Of a DNA stretch of 64,000 nt, positions 52,458 to 63,066 are shown piece by piece. Numbering within the stretch: the first letter of the stretch is position 1; each line of letters begins with the position of its first letter. Origin of the DNA: a bacterium (lineage in GTDB: Bacteria; Desulfobacterota; S145-22); the NCBI GenBank assembly GCA_026986155.1, contig JALSPC010000165.1, positions 7,870 through 71,869 of the forward strand, written 5' to 3'. The notes below the pieces were generated by a model. It did not search any database, was not told the origin of the DNA, and saw nothing but the letters and a program-made list of their open reading frames with translations. Position numbers and translations under genes: made by a program.

Positions 52458-52901
52458 TTATTCTTTCCCCTCTTTCAAGCAGTCCCGGCAAATGCCTCGC
52501 AGCTCCACGTATCGGTCTTCCACGCTTCCCCACTGGGAAACCCCTTCCGGCATGGGAACACGGTCTAGTTCTTCCCAGGTGAAATCGATGATTTTCTTGC
52601 ACCGGACGCAGACGAAGTGATGGTGGTGCATCATGTTCGTGTCGTAGCGGGTCTTGTCGGCCAGGTGGTGGACCTTTTTTATCAGGCCGTGTTTCTCGAA
52701 CTGGGAGAGGGTCCGGTAGACCGTATCGAAGGAGATGCTGGGAAAGCGTTTCCTGACCCGTTCATAGATGTCTTCGGAGGCGGGGTGACCGTCGATCTCG
52801 TTCAGGATCTCGTATATCTCGAGCCGTTGGGGCGTCGCCCGCAGGCCGATTCTCTTGAAGACCTCGCGGGGTGACGCGGCAGGCTTGTTGTCCTTTTTCA
52901 T
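52458..52901 (-). CDS. Fur family transcriptional regulator (PerR/FurA-like, adjacent to katG)
   Basis: Fur-family layout (…ATPQRLEIYEIL…HHHHFVCVRCKKIIDF…CRDC). Two CxxC pairs. Confidence 0.85.
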   Translation of the reverse strand: MKKDNKPAASPREVFKRIGLRATPQRLEIYEILNEIDGHPASEDIYERVRKRFPSISFDTVYRTLSQFEKHGLIKKVHHLADKTRYDTNMMHHHHFVCVRCKKIIDFTWEELDRVPMPEGVSQWGSVEDRYVELRGICRDCLKEGKE

Positions 52902-52986
52902 AATTAAGAATATATCCTATCTAAAAACGAATGTCAAGAAAAATTTTTCCGGTCCGACAGTGATACCGTGCACTGGGAGATCCGCG

Positions 52987-54189
52987 CTATGCCGGTTGGA
53001 AAAAGTCCCGGATGAGCTTGAGAAAAAGGTTTACACCGTATAACAGAGCACGTTCATCCAGGTCGAACCGGGGGGAGTGGAGGGGATGGGTCAGGCCCTT
53101 TTCCGGGTTTCCGCAGCCGAGGCGGGCGATGGCGGCGGGGCACTTTTCCCCGTAGAAGGCGAAGTCCTCGCCGCCCATGGTCGGCGGCTCCTCGATGATG
53201 TTTTCCTTTCCAAAGGCCTTTTCAGCGGCACTGCGAAGCAGATTAGCCGCATCGGGGTCGTTCTTTATGGGGGGACAGCCAGAGTGGAGCTCGAAGGTGG
53301 GAGTCACTTGGAAGGCGCCGGCGATTCCCTCCGCCATCTCCTTGAGCCGGTTCACAAGGGTTTCCCGGACGTCGGGATTGAGGGCCCGGAGGGTTCCCTC
53401 GAGGGTGAGGGATTCGGGAATGATGTTGGGGGCCCGGCCCGCCTGGAGCCTGCCGACGGAGACGACGGCGGAATGGAGGGGTTTCACGTTCCGGCTCACG
53501 ATGGTCTGGACGGCGGTGATGAAGTAAGCCCCCGCCGTGATGGGGTCCCTTCCCTCGTCCGGGCGGGCGCCGTGCGTGCCCCGGCCTGTCAAAGTGAGTC
53601 CGAAGGTGTCGGTGGCGGCGTAGGCCAGCGACCCGTAGAGGCCGATCTTGCCGGCGGGGATGTGGGGACCGAGGTGCAGGGCGTAGATACGGTCCACGGG
53701 CGGGGATTGTAGGGCGCCCCGCGCGATGAGGCGCCGCGCTCCCTGGAGGGTTTCCTCCGCCGGCTGGAAGATGAGCCTGACCGCGCCACCGGCGTGGTTC
53801 ATGACGTCGCTTTCCGCCAGTTTCTTTGCCACACCCAGGAGGATGGTCGCGTGGGCGTCGTGCCCGCAGGCGTGCATGACGCCGGGCACCTCCGAGGCGT
53901 AATCGGCCCCCGTTTGCTCCTCCAGAGGAAGGGCATCCATGTCCGCGCGCAGGGCCAGCGTGGGCCCCGGTTCCTTTCCCCTCAGAAGGCCCAGCACGCC
54001 GGGCATGTCCTCAAAAGTAGTCACCTCCCAGCCAAATGCCTCCAGGTATTCGGCGATGCGTTGGGTGGTTCTTTTCTCCAGCATGGAGAGCTCGGGGTGG
54101 CGATGAAAGTCCCTCCGCGTTTCCACCAGCCAGCGGAAGAATTCGTCGTCTCCGGAATTCATATTTGTCTTTTCATTGATCCCGTCCAT
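52987..54189 (-). CDS. M20 family amidohydrolase (hippurate hydrolase / N-acyl-amino acid amidohydrolase-like)
   Basis: M20D metal-binding motifs (…MHACGHDAH…, …GGEDFAFY…). Start ambiguous: 54198, 54189 or 54162. Confidence 0.78.
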   Translation of the reverse strand: MDGINEKTNMNSGDDEFFRWLVETRRDFHRHPELSMLEKRTTQRIAEYLEAFGWEVTTFEDMPGVLGLLRGKEPGPTLALRADMDALPLEEQTGADYASEVPGVMHACGHDAHATILLGVAKKLAESDVMNHAGGAVRLIFQPAEETLQGARRLIARGALQSPPVDRIYALHLGPHIPAGKIGLYGSLAYAATDTFGLTLTGRGTHGARPDEGRDPITAGAYFITAVQTIVSRNVKPLHSAVVSVGRLQAGRAPNIIPESLTLEGTLRALNPDVRETLVNRLKEMAEGIAGAFQVTPTFELHSGCPPIKNDPDAANLLRSAAEKAFGKENIIEEPPTMGGEDFAFYGEKCPAAIARLGCGNPEKGLTHPLHSPRFDLDERALLYGVNLFLKLIRDFFQPA

Positions 54190-54330
54190 CCTTGACATCC
54201 CCCTTCCGCTTTTCTATAAATAGAAAGTATACAGGAAAGTCGGGAAAAGACCAAGAATACAAGGAAAATGGAAAGGGCCGTTTCCCGCTATAGGGTGTAA
54301 TTATCTAATTTGAAAGGAAAGGTGGAAGAA

Positions 54331-55875
54331 ATGAGAAAGGGTTGGCGCAAGGTTTTGATGGGAGTGGTGGCAACGGTCATCACGGTCGTTTTCGTGGCGG
54401 CTCCCGTCCAGGCGGGAAAGAAGGATGATACCCTGAACATCGCCTTTACGAAGGAACTGGAAACCCTGGACCGCTATTTCAACACGGCCCGGGAGGGAAT
54501 TGTCTTCGCCCGGCACGTCTTCGATAATCTCCTTTGGCGGGATCCCAAGACGTTCGAATACAAGCCGTTGCTTGCCAAGTCTTACCGGTGGGTCGACAAC
54601 CTGACCCTCGAAGTAACCCTGCGAAAAGGTGTCAAGTTCCACGACGGCACTGAGATGACGGCGGACGACGTGGTCTATACGCTGAATTTCGCCGCCAATC
54701 CCGCCAACAAGGTCAAGACCCAGCGTTATTCAAACTGGATCAAGAAGGTGGTCAAGGAAGGGCCCTACAAGGTAAAGATCCTCCTCAAGACCCCCTTCCC
54801 GGCGGCGCTCGAGTTTCTGTCCGGGGCAAACCCCATTTATCCAAAGCATTACTACGCTAAGGTGGGTCCCAAGAAGTTCGGACTCAAGCCCATCGGGACG
54901 GGCCCCTACAAAGTGGCGGAGGTGGAGCCGGGGAAACGGATCGTCCTGGTCAAGAATCCGGACTACTTCAAGGACAGCCCCAAGGGACAGCCCCACATCG
55001 GCAAGATCGTCTGGCGGACGCTGCCGGAGAAGAATACGCAGGTGGCGGAACTGATGACCGGCGGGCTCGACTGGATTTGGATGGTGCCGCCCGACCAGGC
55101 GAAGAAACTGGCGGCTATGCCCAACATCAAGGTGATCGCGGCGGAGACCATGCGGATTGGTTATCTCACCATGGACGCGGCCGGCGTGACCCTGAAACAC
55201 GGGATGAAGAACGATCCTTTCACGAAATTGAAGGTGCGTCAGGCGGTCAACTATGCCGTCAACCGGGAGGCCATTGCCAAGAACCTGGTGGGGGGGCAGT
55301 CTAAACCCGTCTACTCGGCCTGTTTTCCCAGCCAGTTCGGCTGCACCCAGGACGTTGTGAAATACGAATACAACCCCGCCAAGGCGAGGAAGCTCCTGGC
55401 CGAGGCCGGGTATCCCGACGGGTTTACCACGACCCTCTATGGCTACCGGAACCGGGATTTCGCCGCGGCCATCGTGGGTGACCTGGCGGCCGTCGGGATC
55501 AAGGCCAAGCTGGTCATGATGAAGTATTCCGCGCTGCGGGAAAAACTCCGGGGCGGCAAGGTCCAGTTCGCCTTCCTGACCTGGGGGTCCTACTCCATCA
55601 ACGACGTCTCGGCGATCACCAGCAACTTTTTCGAGTTCCAGGAAGACGACCTGGCCCGGGACCCGGTGGTGCGGGACCTGCTGCTCAAGGGGGATACGAG
55701 CATCGATCCCAAGGTCCGGAAAGAGGCCTACCGGAAGGCCCTCCAGCGCATCGCCGCGCAAGCCTACTGGGCGCCCCTGTTTACCTACGTCTCCAATAAC
55801 TGTTTCACGAAGGATCTCGATTTCACGCCGTATCCGGACGCCGTCCCCAGATTCTACCAGGCCAGGTGGAAATAG
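54331..55875 (+). CDS. ABC transporter substrate-binding protein, family 5 (peptide/nickel/opine type)
   Basis: AAGGTGG RBS. Signal peptide. 500+ aa cluster-C binding protein. Confidence 0.85.
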   Translation: MRKGWRKVLMGVVATVITVVFVAAPVQAGKKDDTLNIAFTKELETLDRYFNTAREGIVFARHVFDNLLWRDPKTFEYKPLLAKSYRWVDNLTLEVTLRKGVKFHDGTEMTADDVVYTLNFAANPANKVKTQRYSNWIKKVVKEGPYKVKILLKTPFPAALEFLSGANPIYPKHYYAKVGPKKFGLKPIGTGPYKVAEVEPGKRIVLVKNPDYFKDSPKGQPHIGKIVWRTLPEKNTQVAELMTGGLDWIWMVPPDQAKKLAAMPNIKVIAAETMRIGYLTMDAAGVTLKHGMKNDPFTKLKVRQAVNYAVNREAIAKNLVGGQSKPVYSACFPSQFGCTQDVVKYEYNPAKARKLLAEAGYPDGFTTTLYGYRNRDFAAAIVGDLAAVGIKAKLVMMKYSALREKLRGGKVQFAFLTWGSYSINDVSAITSNFFEFQEDDLARDPVVRDLLLKGDTSIDPKVRKEAYRKALQRIAAQAYWAPLFTYVSNNCFTKDLDFTPYPDAVPRFYQARWK

Positions 55876-55947
55876 GCCGGTTCGCGGAGGGTCGCGGCGT
55901 TTCCCGTTGCCGCGGCCCTCTTTTCTGATGGAATCATTGGACGAGAC

Positions 55948-56865
55948 ATGCTCCAGTACACGCTCAAACGACTCGTCGTAACCTTCTTCGTCATCCTGGT
56001 CGTTTCCCTGGTGAGCTTCATGCTGATCCGGGTTTCGGGAGATCCCGCCATCGCCCTGGCCGGGGAGGGGGCCACCCAGCAGGAGATCGAGTATGTCCGG
56101 CACCACTACGGGTTCGACCGCCCCCTGATTATCCAGTACGTCGATTGGGCAAAGAAGGCCCTCCAGGGTGACCTGGGGGAGTCCCCCTATTTCAACGAGC
56201 CTGTCCTCAAGATGATCAGGGAACGCATCGGTGTGACCATGACCTTGGGCGTCTCCGCCCTTCTCTTCGCTCTCTTCGTTTCGATTCCCCTGGGGGTGCT
56301 GGCGTCCATACGGCCCAACACCTGGATAGACCGGGTGGCCCTCACTATTTCCGTGATGGGTCAGGCCATGCCTTCCTTCTGGTTCGGCCTGATCATGATC
56401 ATCTTCTTCGGCGTGACCCTTCGATGGCTTCCCATCTCGGGGAGCGGGTCGCCGGCCCACTACGTCATGCCGACCATCGCCCTGGGATACTATGCAACGC
56501 CGGCTTTCATGCGGCTGATCCGTTCCGGCATGCTCGAGGTCCTGAGTTCCGACCACATCCGGACCGCCCGGGCCAAGGGCCTGCGTTGGGGGAAGATCCT
56601 CTACAAGCACGCCCTCAGGAACGCCATCATTCCCGTGGTAGCCCTGGCGGCGGTGCAGCTCGGGTTCATGCTGGGGGGATCCATCGTCATTGAGTCGGTG
56701 TTTGCCCTGCACGGCATTGGCTACCTGGCCTGGGTCTCCATCGGCCGGTCGGACCTACCTGTAGTCCAGGCCATCATCCTGCTTCTGTCCATGATTTACG
56801 TGGTCTTGACCTTCCTCGGCGACCTTTTGAACGCCTTTCTTGATCCGAGGATCCGGGTGCGATGA
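55948..56865 (+). CDS. ABC transporter permease (DppB/OppB-like)
   Basis: Six TM helices with an EAA-type loop (…IRTARAKGL…). Confidence 0.85.
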   Translation: MLQYTLKRLVVTFFVILVVSLVSFMLIRVSGDPAIALAGEGATQQEIEYVRHHYGFDRPLIIQYVDWAKKALQGDLGESPYFNEPVLKMIRERIGVTMTLGVSALLFALFVSIPLGVLASIRPNTWIDRVALTISVMGQAMPSFWFGLIMIIFFGVTLRWLPISGSGSPAHYVMPTIALGYYATPAFMRLIRSGMLEVLSSDHIRTARAKGLRWGKILYKHALRNAIIPVVALAAVQLGFMLGGSIVIESVFALHGIGYLAWVSIGRSDLPVVQAIILLLSMIYVVLTFLGDLLNAFLDPRIRVR

Positions 56866-57797
56866 GCGACGCGGCGACACACCCGGGCCCAAACGGCGCC
56901 GTGGCACCGGACGAAGGACTGGGACGGCAGGTGGTTTTTCCCACGCCGGGCCAGGTGATGCGCATGCGCATGCGGCACCACAAAGGATTCATCTTTGGGG
57001 CCGTTTTCGTTCTCGCCATCTTTCTGATGGCCGTCTTTGCCCCCATGCTTACCTCCTACAACCCATACACCCAGCATCTCTCGCACCGGCTTGTTCCCCC
57101 CGTCTGGGATGCCAAGGGGACATGGAAACACCCACTTGGCACCGACAATCTGGGTAGGGACTACCTGAGCCGCCTGGTTTACGGAAGCCGGGTTTCCCTT
57201 CTCATCGGGTTTTCCTGCATGCTCATCGCCATGGTGATAGGAACCCTCCTGGGCATGTCGGCGGGGTATTTCGGGGGGAAGGTGGACATGCTCGTGGGAT
57301 TTATCATCACGGTGCGTCTCGCCCTGCCCGCCGTTCTCGTGGCGGTGGCCGTGGTGGCCCTCATCGGGGGATCCATGCAGGTGGTCATCCTGGTCTTGGG
57401 ATGCCTCATCTGGGACCGTTTCGCCGTCGTTCTCAGGACCAGCACCCAGCAGGTCTGTTCCATGGACTACGTGGACGCGGCGCGGGCGGCGGGATGCTCC
57501 ACGCTTCGCATCATGTTCCGGGAGATCCTGCCCAACCTGTTCAACAACCTGATGGTCATCGCCACCTTGGAGATCGGGCGTGCCATCCTCCTCGAGGCGG
57601 CCCTCTCCTTCCTGGGAATGGGGGTTCAACCGCCCACTCCTTCCTGGGGATTAATGATCTCCGAAGGGAAGGAATACATGCTTTTTCAGCCCTACCTGAT
57701 TACCGTTCCCGGGGTGGCCCTCTTCATCCTCGTGTTGGGGATGAACCTCCTGGGCGACGGGCTCAGGGACGTGACGGCCCCGGAGGGACAGGCGTGA
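56862..57797 (+). CDS. ABC transporter permease (DppC/OppC-like)
   Basis: ATGA overlap with the previous permease. OppC-like N-terminal extension and EAA loop (…VDAARAAG…). Confidence 0.85.
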   Translation: MSDAATHPGPNGAVAPDEGLGRQVVFPTPGQVMRMRMRHHKGFIFGAVFVLAIFLMAVFAPMLTSYNPYTQHLSHRLVPPVWDAKGTWKHPLGTDNLGRDYLSRLVYGSRVSLLIGFSCMLIAMVIGTLLGMSAGYFGGKVDMLVGFIITVRLALPAVLVAVAVVALIGGSMQVVILVLGCLIWDRFAVVLRTSTQQVCSMDYVDAARAAGCSTLRIMFREILPNLFNNLMVIATLEIGRAILLEAALSFLGMGVQPPTPSWGLMISEGKEYMLFQPYLITVPGVALFILVLGMNLLGDGLRDVTAPEGQA

Positions 57798-58789
57798 CCG
57801 CGCTTCTCGAGGTGGAGGGACTGCGCGTTGATCTCTCCCTTCCCGCGGGCGTCCTGCACGCTGTCCAGGACGTGAGTTTTCACGTGGAGAAGGGGGAGAC
57901 CTTCAGCCTGGTGGGCGAATCAGGGTGCGGCAAGACCATGACCGCCCTGGCCGTGATGGGACTGTTGCCCCGCAGCGCGACGCGGTCCGCCGAACGGATT
58001 CTCTTCGAGGGAGAGGACATCACCCACGCGCACGAAAGGCGGATGACGGCGATCCGCGGCGCCCGGATGACCATGATCTTCCAGGAACCCATGACCTCCC
58101 TCGACCCCTGTTACACCATCGGGGACCAGTTGGAGGAGGTACTCTTGGAACATCGCCGGGTGAGCCGGCGCGAAGCCCGCGAGAGGGCCGTCTTTCTCCT
58201 GGAGAAGGTGGGTATCACGGCGGCGGCTTCCCGCCTGAAACAGTATCCCCACCAGCTTTCCGGGGGGCTGCGCCAGCGGGTCATGATCGCCATGAGCCTC
58301 ATGTGCGGTCCGAGCCTCATCATTGCGGACGAGCCCACCACGGCCCTCGACGTGACTATCCAGGCCCAGATCCTGAGCCTGCTCGTTTCCGTCCAGAAGG
58401 AGTACGAGACGGGAATGATCCTTATCACGCACGACCTCGGAGTAGTGGCCCGGACGGCGGATCGTCTGGCCGTGATGTATTGCGGACAGGTGGTGGAAAC
58501 CGGCACCGTCGCGGAGGTTTTTACCCGACCCCTTCACCCCTACACGCGGGGATTGATGCGGTGCATCCCCATCCCCGGGAAGACGCGGCCCGGCCAGAAG
58601 CTGGACACGATTCCGGGAATCGTGCCCACACCCATCGGCGACCTGCGAGGATGCCTCTTCCGCAACCGGTGTCCTCATGCCAGACCGGCGTGCGCCGGGG
58701 AGGGAATCGAGGAGGTCCGGCTGACGCCTGGGAGATCCTACCGGTGCATCTTGCAGCCTGAAGAAAACCCGGAAAAGGCGGCGGCATGA
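57794..58789 (+). CDS. Peptide ABC transporter ATP-binding protein (DppD/OppD-like)
   Basis: GTG start overlaps the permease stop. Walker A GESGCGKT, signature LSGGLRQR, C-terminal oligopeptide-type extension. Confidence 0.85.
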   Translation: MTALLEVEGLRVDLSLPAGVLHAVQDVSFHVEKGETFSLVGESGCGKTMTALAVMGLLPRSATRSAERILFEGEDITHAHERRMTAIRGARMTMIFQEPMTSLDPCYTIGDQLEEVLLEHRRVSRREARERAVFLLEKVGITAAASRLKQYPHQLSGGLRQRVMIAMSLMCGPSLIIADEPTTALDVTIQAQILSLLVSVQKEYETGMILITHDLGVVARTADRLAVMYCGQVVETGTVAEVFTRPLHPYTRGLMRCIPIPGKTRPGQKLDTIPGIVPTPIGDLRGCLFRNRCPHARPACAGEGIEEVRLTPGRSYRCILQPEENPEKAAA

Positions 58790-59745
58790 ACGCCGGGATC
58801 CTCCGCGTCGAAAACGCCGCGAAGGTTTACCGCGTCAGCGCGGGGATGTTCCGAGGAGGACTTGACCTCCACGCTGTCAGCGACGTTTCATTCAGGGTGG
58901 GAGAGGGAGAGGTCCTGGGGCTCGTGGGGGAATCGGGCTGCGGCAAGACCACCATGGCGAAACTTATCCTGGGCCTGGAGGCGCTCACGCGCGGGAATAT
59001 CTTCCTCGAGGGGCGTTCCGTCCGAAAAATGGGTCATCGGGAGATCGCCCGCCGGGTGCAGCCCATATTCCAGGATCCTTACGCCTCCCTGAACCCCCGG
59101 AAGAGCATCGGGGCCATCATCTCCCTGCCGCTGCGGGCCCTCGGGATGGGGAACCGCGGGGAATGGGACGAGAAGGTTCGGGAGATCATGAACCTGGTGG
59201 GGCTGCCTCCCCGACTCCGGCACAACTACCCGAACCAGCTTTCCGGAGGACAGCGCCAGCGGGTGGCCGTGGCCCGGGCCCTCATCATGCGGCCCAGGAT
59301 CGTTTTGTGCGATGAGCCCACCTCGGCCCTCGATGTCTCGGTGCAGGCACAGATCCTGAACCTCCTCATCGACATGCGGGAGGCGATGGGGGTGACCTAT
59401 ATCCTCATCAGTCACGATCTCGCCGTCGTGGAACACCTGGCCACGTCGGTGGCGGTCATGTACCTGGGGCGGATCGTAGAGAGCGGGCCGGCGGCGGAGA
59501 TCTTCCGGCATCCCCTCCATCCCTACACGCAAACCCTCCTGGCCTCGGTCCTCACGCCGGATCCCCGGAAGGGACTTCCCAAGGTCAGCCTCGACGCGGA
59601 ATATCCTAACCCCATCCGCATGCCCCCGGGATGCAGCTTCCATCCCCGTTGCCCCAGGGCGCAAGAAATCTGCCGGTCACAGCGCCCCGAGGCCCGGGAG
59701 GACGGCGGCCGCCGGGTGGCGTGCCACTTTCCTGGACCGGCGTGA
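58786..59745 (+). CDS. Peptide ABC transporter ATP-binding protein (DppF/OppF-like)
   Basis: Walker A GESGCGKTT, signature LSGGQRQR. ATGA overlap with the previous gene. Confidence 0.88.
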   Translation: MNAGILRVENAAKVYRVSAGMFRGGLDLHAVSDVSFRVGEGEVLGLVGESGCGKTTMAKLILGLEALTRGNIFLEGRSVRKMGHREIARRVQPIFQDPYASLNPRKSIGAIISLPLRALGMGNRGEWDEKVREIMNLVGLPPRLRHNYPNQLSGGQRQRVAVARALIMRPRIVLCDEPTSALDVSVQAQILNLLIDMREAMGVTYILISHDLAVVEHLATSVAVMYLGRIVESGPAAEIFRHPLHPYTQTLLASVLTPDPRKGLPKVSLDAEYPNPIRMPPGCSFHPRCPRAQEICRSQRPEAREDGGRRVACHFPGPA

Positions 59746-59758
59746 AAGGAAGGCACCT

Positions 59759-61144
59759 ATGACCCGAAACGATGCCATTCGATGTGCGGAAAAGAGGCTC
59801 GATGACGGGCGGTTTTTCTTGGACCTCGCCCGGCGGGTGGCCTACCCAACGGAAAGCCAGAACCCGGCGCGGGCGGAGGATATCAGGCGTTTCCTGGCCG
59901 AGGAGATGATGTCCTCGCTTGCGTCCCTGGGGTTTAGGTGCCGGGTCCTGGAAAACCCCGTGATGTCCCGTCTCCCATTTCTCGCGGGTCGCCGTGTCGA
60001 GGATGAAAACCTCCCCACGGTCCTGCTCTACGGCCACGGGGATACCGTTTGGGGCATGAAAGGTCAGTGGGATGCGGGGCTTTCACCCTGGCGGCTGACG
60101 GCCCGGGGCGGCCGATGGTACGGGCGCGGCGCGGCGGACAACAAAGGTCAGTTCTCCATCAACCTGGCGGCCTTGGATTGTCTCCTGGAGACCCGAGGCG
60201 CGCTGGGATTCAACGCTGTCTTCCTGCTGGAGACGGGAGAGGAGATGGGATCTCCGGGGCTTCGCGAGGTTTGCGAGCGGGAGAGGGCGTTTCTCTCGGC
60301 GGACGTCCTCATCGCATCGGACGGCCCTCGGGTGAATCCGGACAGGGTGACCCTCTACGGCGGCAGCCGGGGCGTCTTCAACTTCGACCTCATCGTGAAG
60401 CTTCGAGAGGGGGCGCACCATTCCGGCAACTGGGGCGGTTTGTTGGCCAATCCAGGGATCATCCTCGCCAACGCCATCGCGGCCCTGGTGGATGGGAAGG
60501 GGCGGATCCTCGTGGACGCTCTCAAGCCCGGCGGGATCCCGGAAAATGTCCGGGAGGCCATAGGCAGGCTGTCGCTTCCCGAGAACACGGCCCCCCCCAT
60601 CGATACCTGGTGGGGAGAACCGGGATTGACCCCGGAAGAGAAAGTCTATGGCTGGAATACCCTGGAGGTTCTGGCCCTCTCGTGCGGGAACCCGGAGAAT
60701 CCCGTCCACGCCATCCCCGCCGAGGCTTGGGCCCGGTGCCACATTCGTTACGTGAAGGGATGCGATCCGGAGGCCTTCCTCCCGGCCGTTCGCCGGCGCC
60801 TCAAGGAGAAGGGGTTGGATGCCGTGGAGGTTCGGCCCGTCCGTGAAAGCCTCTATGCCGCCACCCGGATGGACCCGGATGACCCCTGGGTGCGGTGGGC
60901 CATGAACTCCCTCAAGCGGACTACCGGAACTCCGCCCGATTTTCTTCCCAACCTGGGGGGAAGTATCCCCAACGAGGCCTTCGCGGAGATCCTCGGCCTT
61001 CACACCCTTTGGGTTCCCCATTCCTACGCCGGCTGCGGCCAGCATGCCCCCAATGAGCACCTCCGCGTTCCTATCGTCCGGGAGGGCCTCCGGGTGATGG
61101 CGGGTCTCTTTTTTGACCTGGCGGAAGGGGGACGTCCGGCGTAA
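59759..61144 (+). CDS. M20/M25/M40 family peptidase (dipeptidase-like)
   Basis: GAAAGGAAGG RBS. M20A metal-binding motifs (…LLYGHGDTV…, …GRGAADNKG…, …ETGEEMGS…). Confidence 0.8.
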   Translation: MTRNDAIRCAEKRLDDGRFFLDLARRVAYPTESQNPARAEDIRRFLAEEMMSSLASLGFRCRVLENPVMSRLPFLAGRRVEDENLPTVLLYGHGDTVWGMKGQWDAGLSPWRLTARGGRWYGRGAADNKGQFSINLAALDCLLETRGALGFNAVFLLETGEEMGSPGLREVCERERAFLSADVLIASDGPRVNPDRVTLYGGSRGVFNFDLIVKLREGAHHSGNWGGLLANPGIILANAIAALVDGKGRILVDALKPGGIPENVREAIGRLSLPENTAPPIDTWWGEPGLTPEEKVYGWNTLEVLALSCGNPENPVHAIPAEAWARCHIRYVKGCDPEAFLPAVRRRLKEKGLDAVEVRPVRESLYAATRMDPDDPWVRWAMNSLKRTTGTPPDFLPNLGGSIPNEAFAEILGLHTLWVPHSYAGCGQHAPNEHLRVPIVREGLRVMAGLFFDLAEGGRPA

Positions 61145-61287
61145 AGCGCGTGCTTGGGTCCTCAAGTCCCCGTTTCCTTGAAAGGTATGGATTTCGCCCC
61201 CGTTTCCGTGTAGAGATAAGGACAGTCCGCGCTTCGCGAGGTTCAGGGATTCCTGATTGAGGGCGGGCATGGTGACGGGGAGGTTTC

Positions 61288-63066
61288 TTGGGCGAAAGCG
61301 AAAAAAATCGAGCGAGAAAAGGAGAAGGGCTCCGGTCGTTTACGCTCCTCGTCCCGTATCTTCGGCAATACAAGGCGTGGCTCTTTCTGGGGATCTTTTC
61401 CCTGGCCGTGGTGGATTCCCTCCAGCTCTGTATTCCCCTCATCATCAAGTGGGCCGTGGACGACCTGACGGAGGGGCGGGCGACCCCGGGTGGATTTCTC
61501 GACTATGCCGGGTGGATTCTCCTTTTGGCCCTCGGGATCGGAGGGTTCCGCTACCTTTGGCGGGTTTCCCTCATGACCCCTACCCGGCGGATCGAGGAGA
61601 GGCTCCGGAACCGCCTCTTCCAGCACATCCTTGCCATGTCGGAAGACTTCTTCATGCGCCATTCCTCCGGGGACCTCATGGCCCGGATGGTCAACGACCT
61701 TAGGATGGTGCGGATGGCGGTGGGTTTCGGGATGGTGGGGATGATGGACGCCTTCGTGATGGGGTCAGCGACCCTCGTCTTCATGGTCTGGATAAGCCGT
61801 TCCCTGACCCTCTACGTCCTGATCCCCATGCCGTTTCTCGCCCTGACGACGGCGCTCATCAGCCGGAAGATTCATGCCCGGGCCCAGCGGGTCCAGAGGC
61901 AGTTTTCCACCTTGACGGAGACGGTCCGCGAGGGGATCAGCGGCATCCGGGTCATCCGGGCCGCCCGCGCCGAGGCGTTCCAGGGGCGAAAGGTGGAAGA
62001 GGAAGGAAAAAGGCTCCTCGAGGAAAACCTCGCCCTGGCGAAGGTGCGGGGGATCTTCTTTCCCGTCCTCATGCTTCTCGTGAACCTGAGCATGGTCATC
62101 GTCCTCTATTTTGGGGGAAAGGACACGATTCTCGCGCGCATCAGCCCGGGGGATTTCGTCGCCTTTACCAACTACCTGATGCTCTTGACGTGGCCCATGA
62201 TGGCCATGGGGTGGGTCATCTCCCTCATCCAGCGCGGCGCCGCGTCGCTGGTACGCATCAAGGAGGTCCTGGACAGCCGGCCCGCTCTCCGTTCGACCGG
62301 CCGGACCTTATTGCCCGAAGCGTCGCCGGGAGATTTGCGGGCGCAACAGGTGGCCTTTTCTTATGGCCCCCGGCAGCGGGTCCTTGACGACTGCACGCTG
62401 ACCGTGACGCGGGGGAAGATGACGGCCATCGTCGGGGAGATCGGGTGCGGCAAGACGACCCTCCTCTTGCTTTTGATGCGCGTCTTCGATCCGGAGGCGG
62501 GGCGGGTAACCCTCGGGGAGAGGGATGTCCGGGACTTCAACCTGGCGGACTACCGGGGCCTTTTCGCCTACGTTTCCCAGGAACCGGTCATTTTTTCCCA
62601 GACCATCTTCGAGAACGTGGCCTTCGGTCGGGACGGTGTCACGGAGGCGGAGGTGGAACGGGTCTTGGAGATCGTCCAGCTCGGCGGGGAGGTGAGGGGG
62701 TTTCCGGACGGGCAGAAAACCCTGGTGGGGGAAAAGGGAGTGACCCTCTCCGGCGGGCAGAAACAGCGTCTCGCCCTGGCGCGGGCCTTGATTTCCCGTC
62801 GGCCGTTCCTGGTCCTGGATGCCCCCTTCTCCTCGGTGGACGTGGCCACGGAGCAGAAAATCCTCGAGGCCATCCGGTCGGAATACGGGGATGTTACCCT
62901 CGTGATGAGCTCCCAGCGGGTCGCCTCCTTCATGAAGGCGGACCGGATTTTCATGATGGCGTCGGGGACCGTGATTGCCAGTGGCACCCACGACGACCTC
63001 CTGGCGCAGAGCGAGGCCTACCGGACCCTCATCCAGGAATTTTCCCTCGGGATAGGAAAGAGATAG
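61288..63066 (+). CDS. ABC transporter ATP-binding/permease fusion (type I exporter half-transporter)
   Basis: TTG start is the only in-frame start. Six-TM exporter domain, then an NBD (GEIGCGKTT, LSGGQKQR, FLVLDAPFSS). Confidence 0.82.
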   Translation: MGESEKNRARKGEGLRSFTLLVPYLRQYKAWLFLGIFSLAVVDSLQLCIPLIIKWAVDDLTEGRATPGGFLDYAGWILLLALGIGGFRYLWRVSLMTPTRRIEERLRNRLFQHILAMSEDFFMRHSSGDLMARMVNDLRMVRMAVGFGMVGMMDAFVMGSATLVFMVWISRSLTLYVLIPMPFLALTTALISRKIHARAQRVQRQFSTLTETVREGISGIRVIRAARAEAFQGRKVEEEGKRLLEENLALAKVRGIFFPVLMLLVNLSMVIVLYFGGKDTILARISPGDFVAFTNYLMLLTWPMMAMGWVISLIQRGAASLVRIKEVLDSRPALRSTGRTLLPEASPGDLRAQQVAFSYGPRQRVLDDCTLTVTRGKMTAIVGEIGCGKTTLLLLLMRVFDPEAGRVTLGERDVRDFNLADYRGLFAYVSQEPVIFSQTIFENVAFGRDGVTEAEVERVLEIVQLGGEVRGFPDGQKTLVGEKGVTLSGGQKQRLALARALISRRPFLVLDAPFSSVDVATEQKILEAIRSEYGDVTLVMSSQRVASFMKADRIFMMASGTVIASGTHDDLLAQSEAYRTLIQEFSLGIGKR

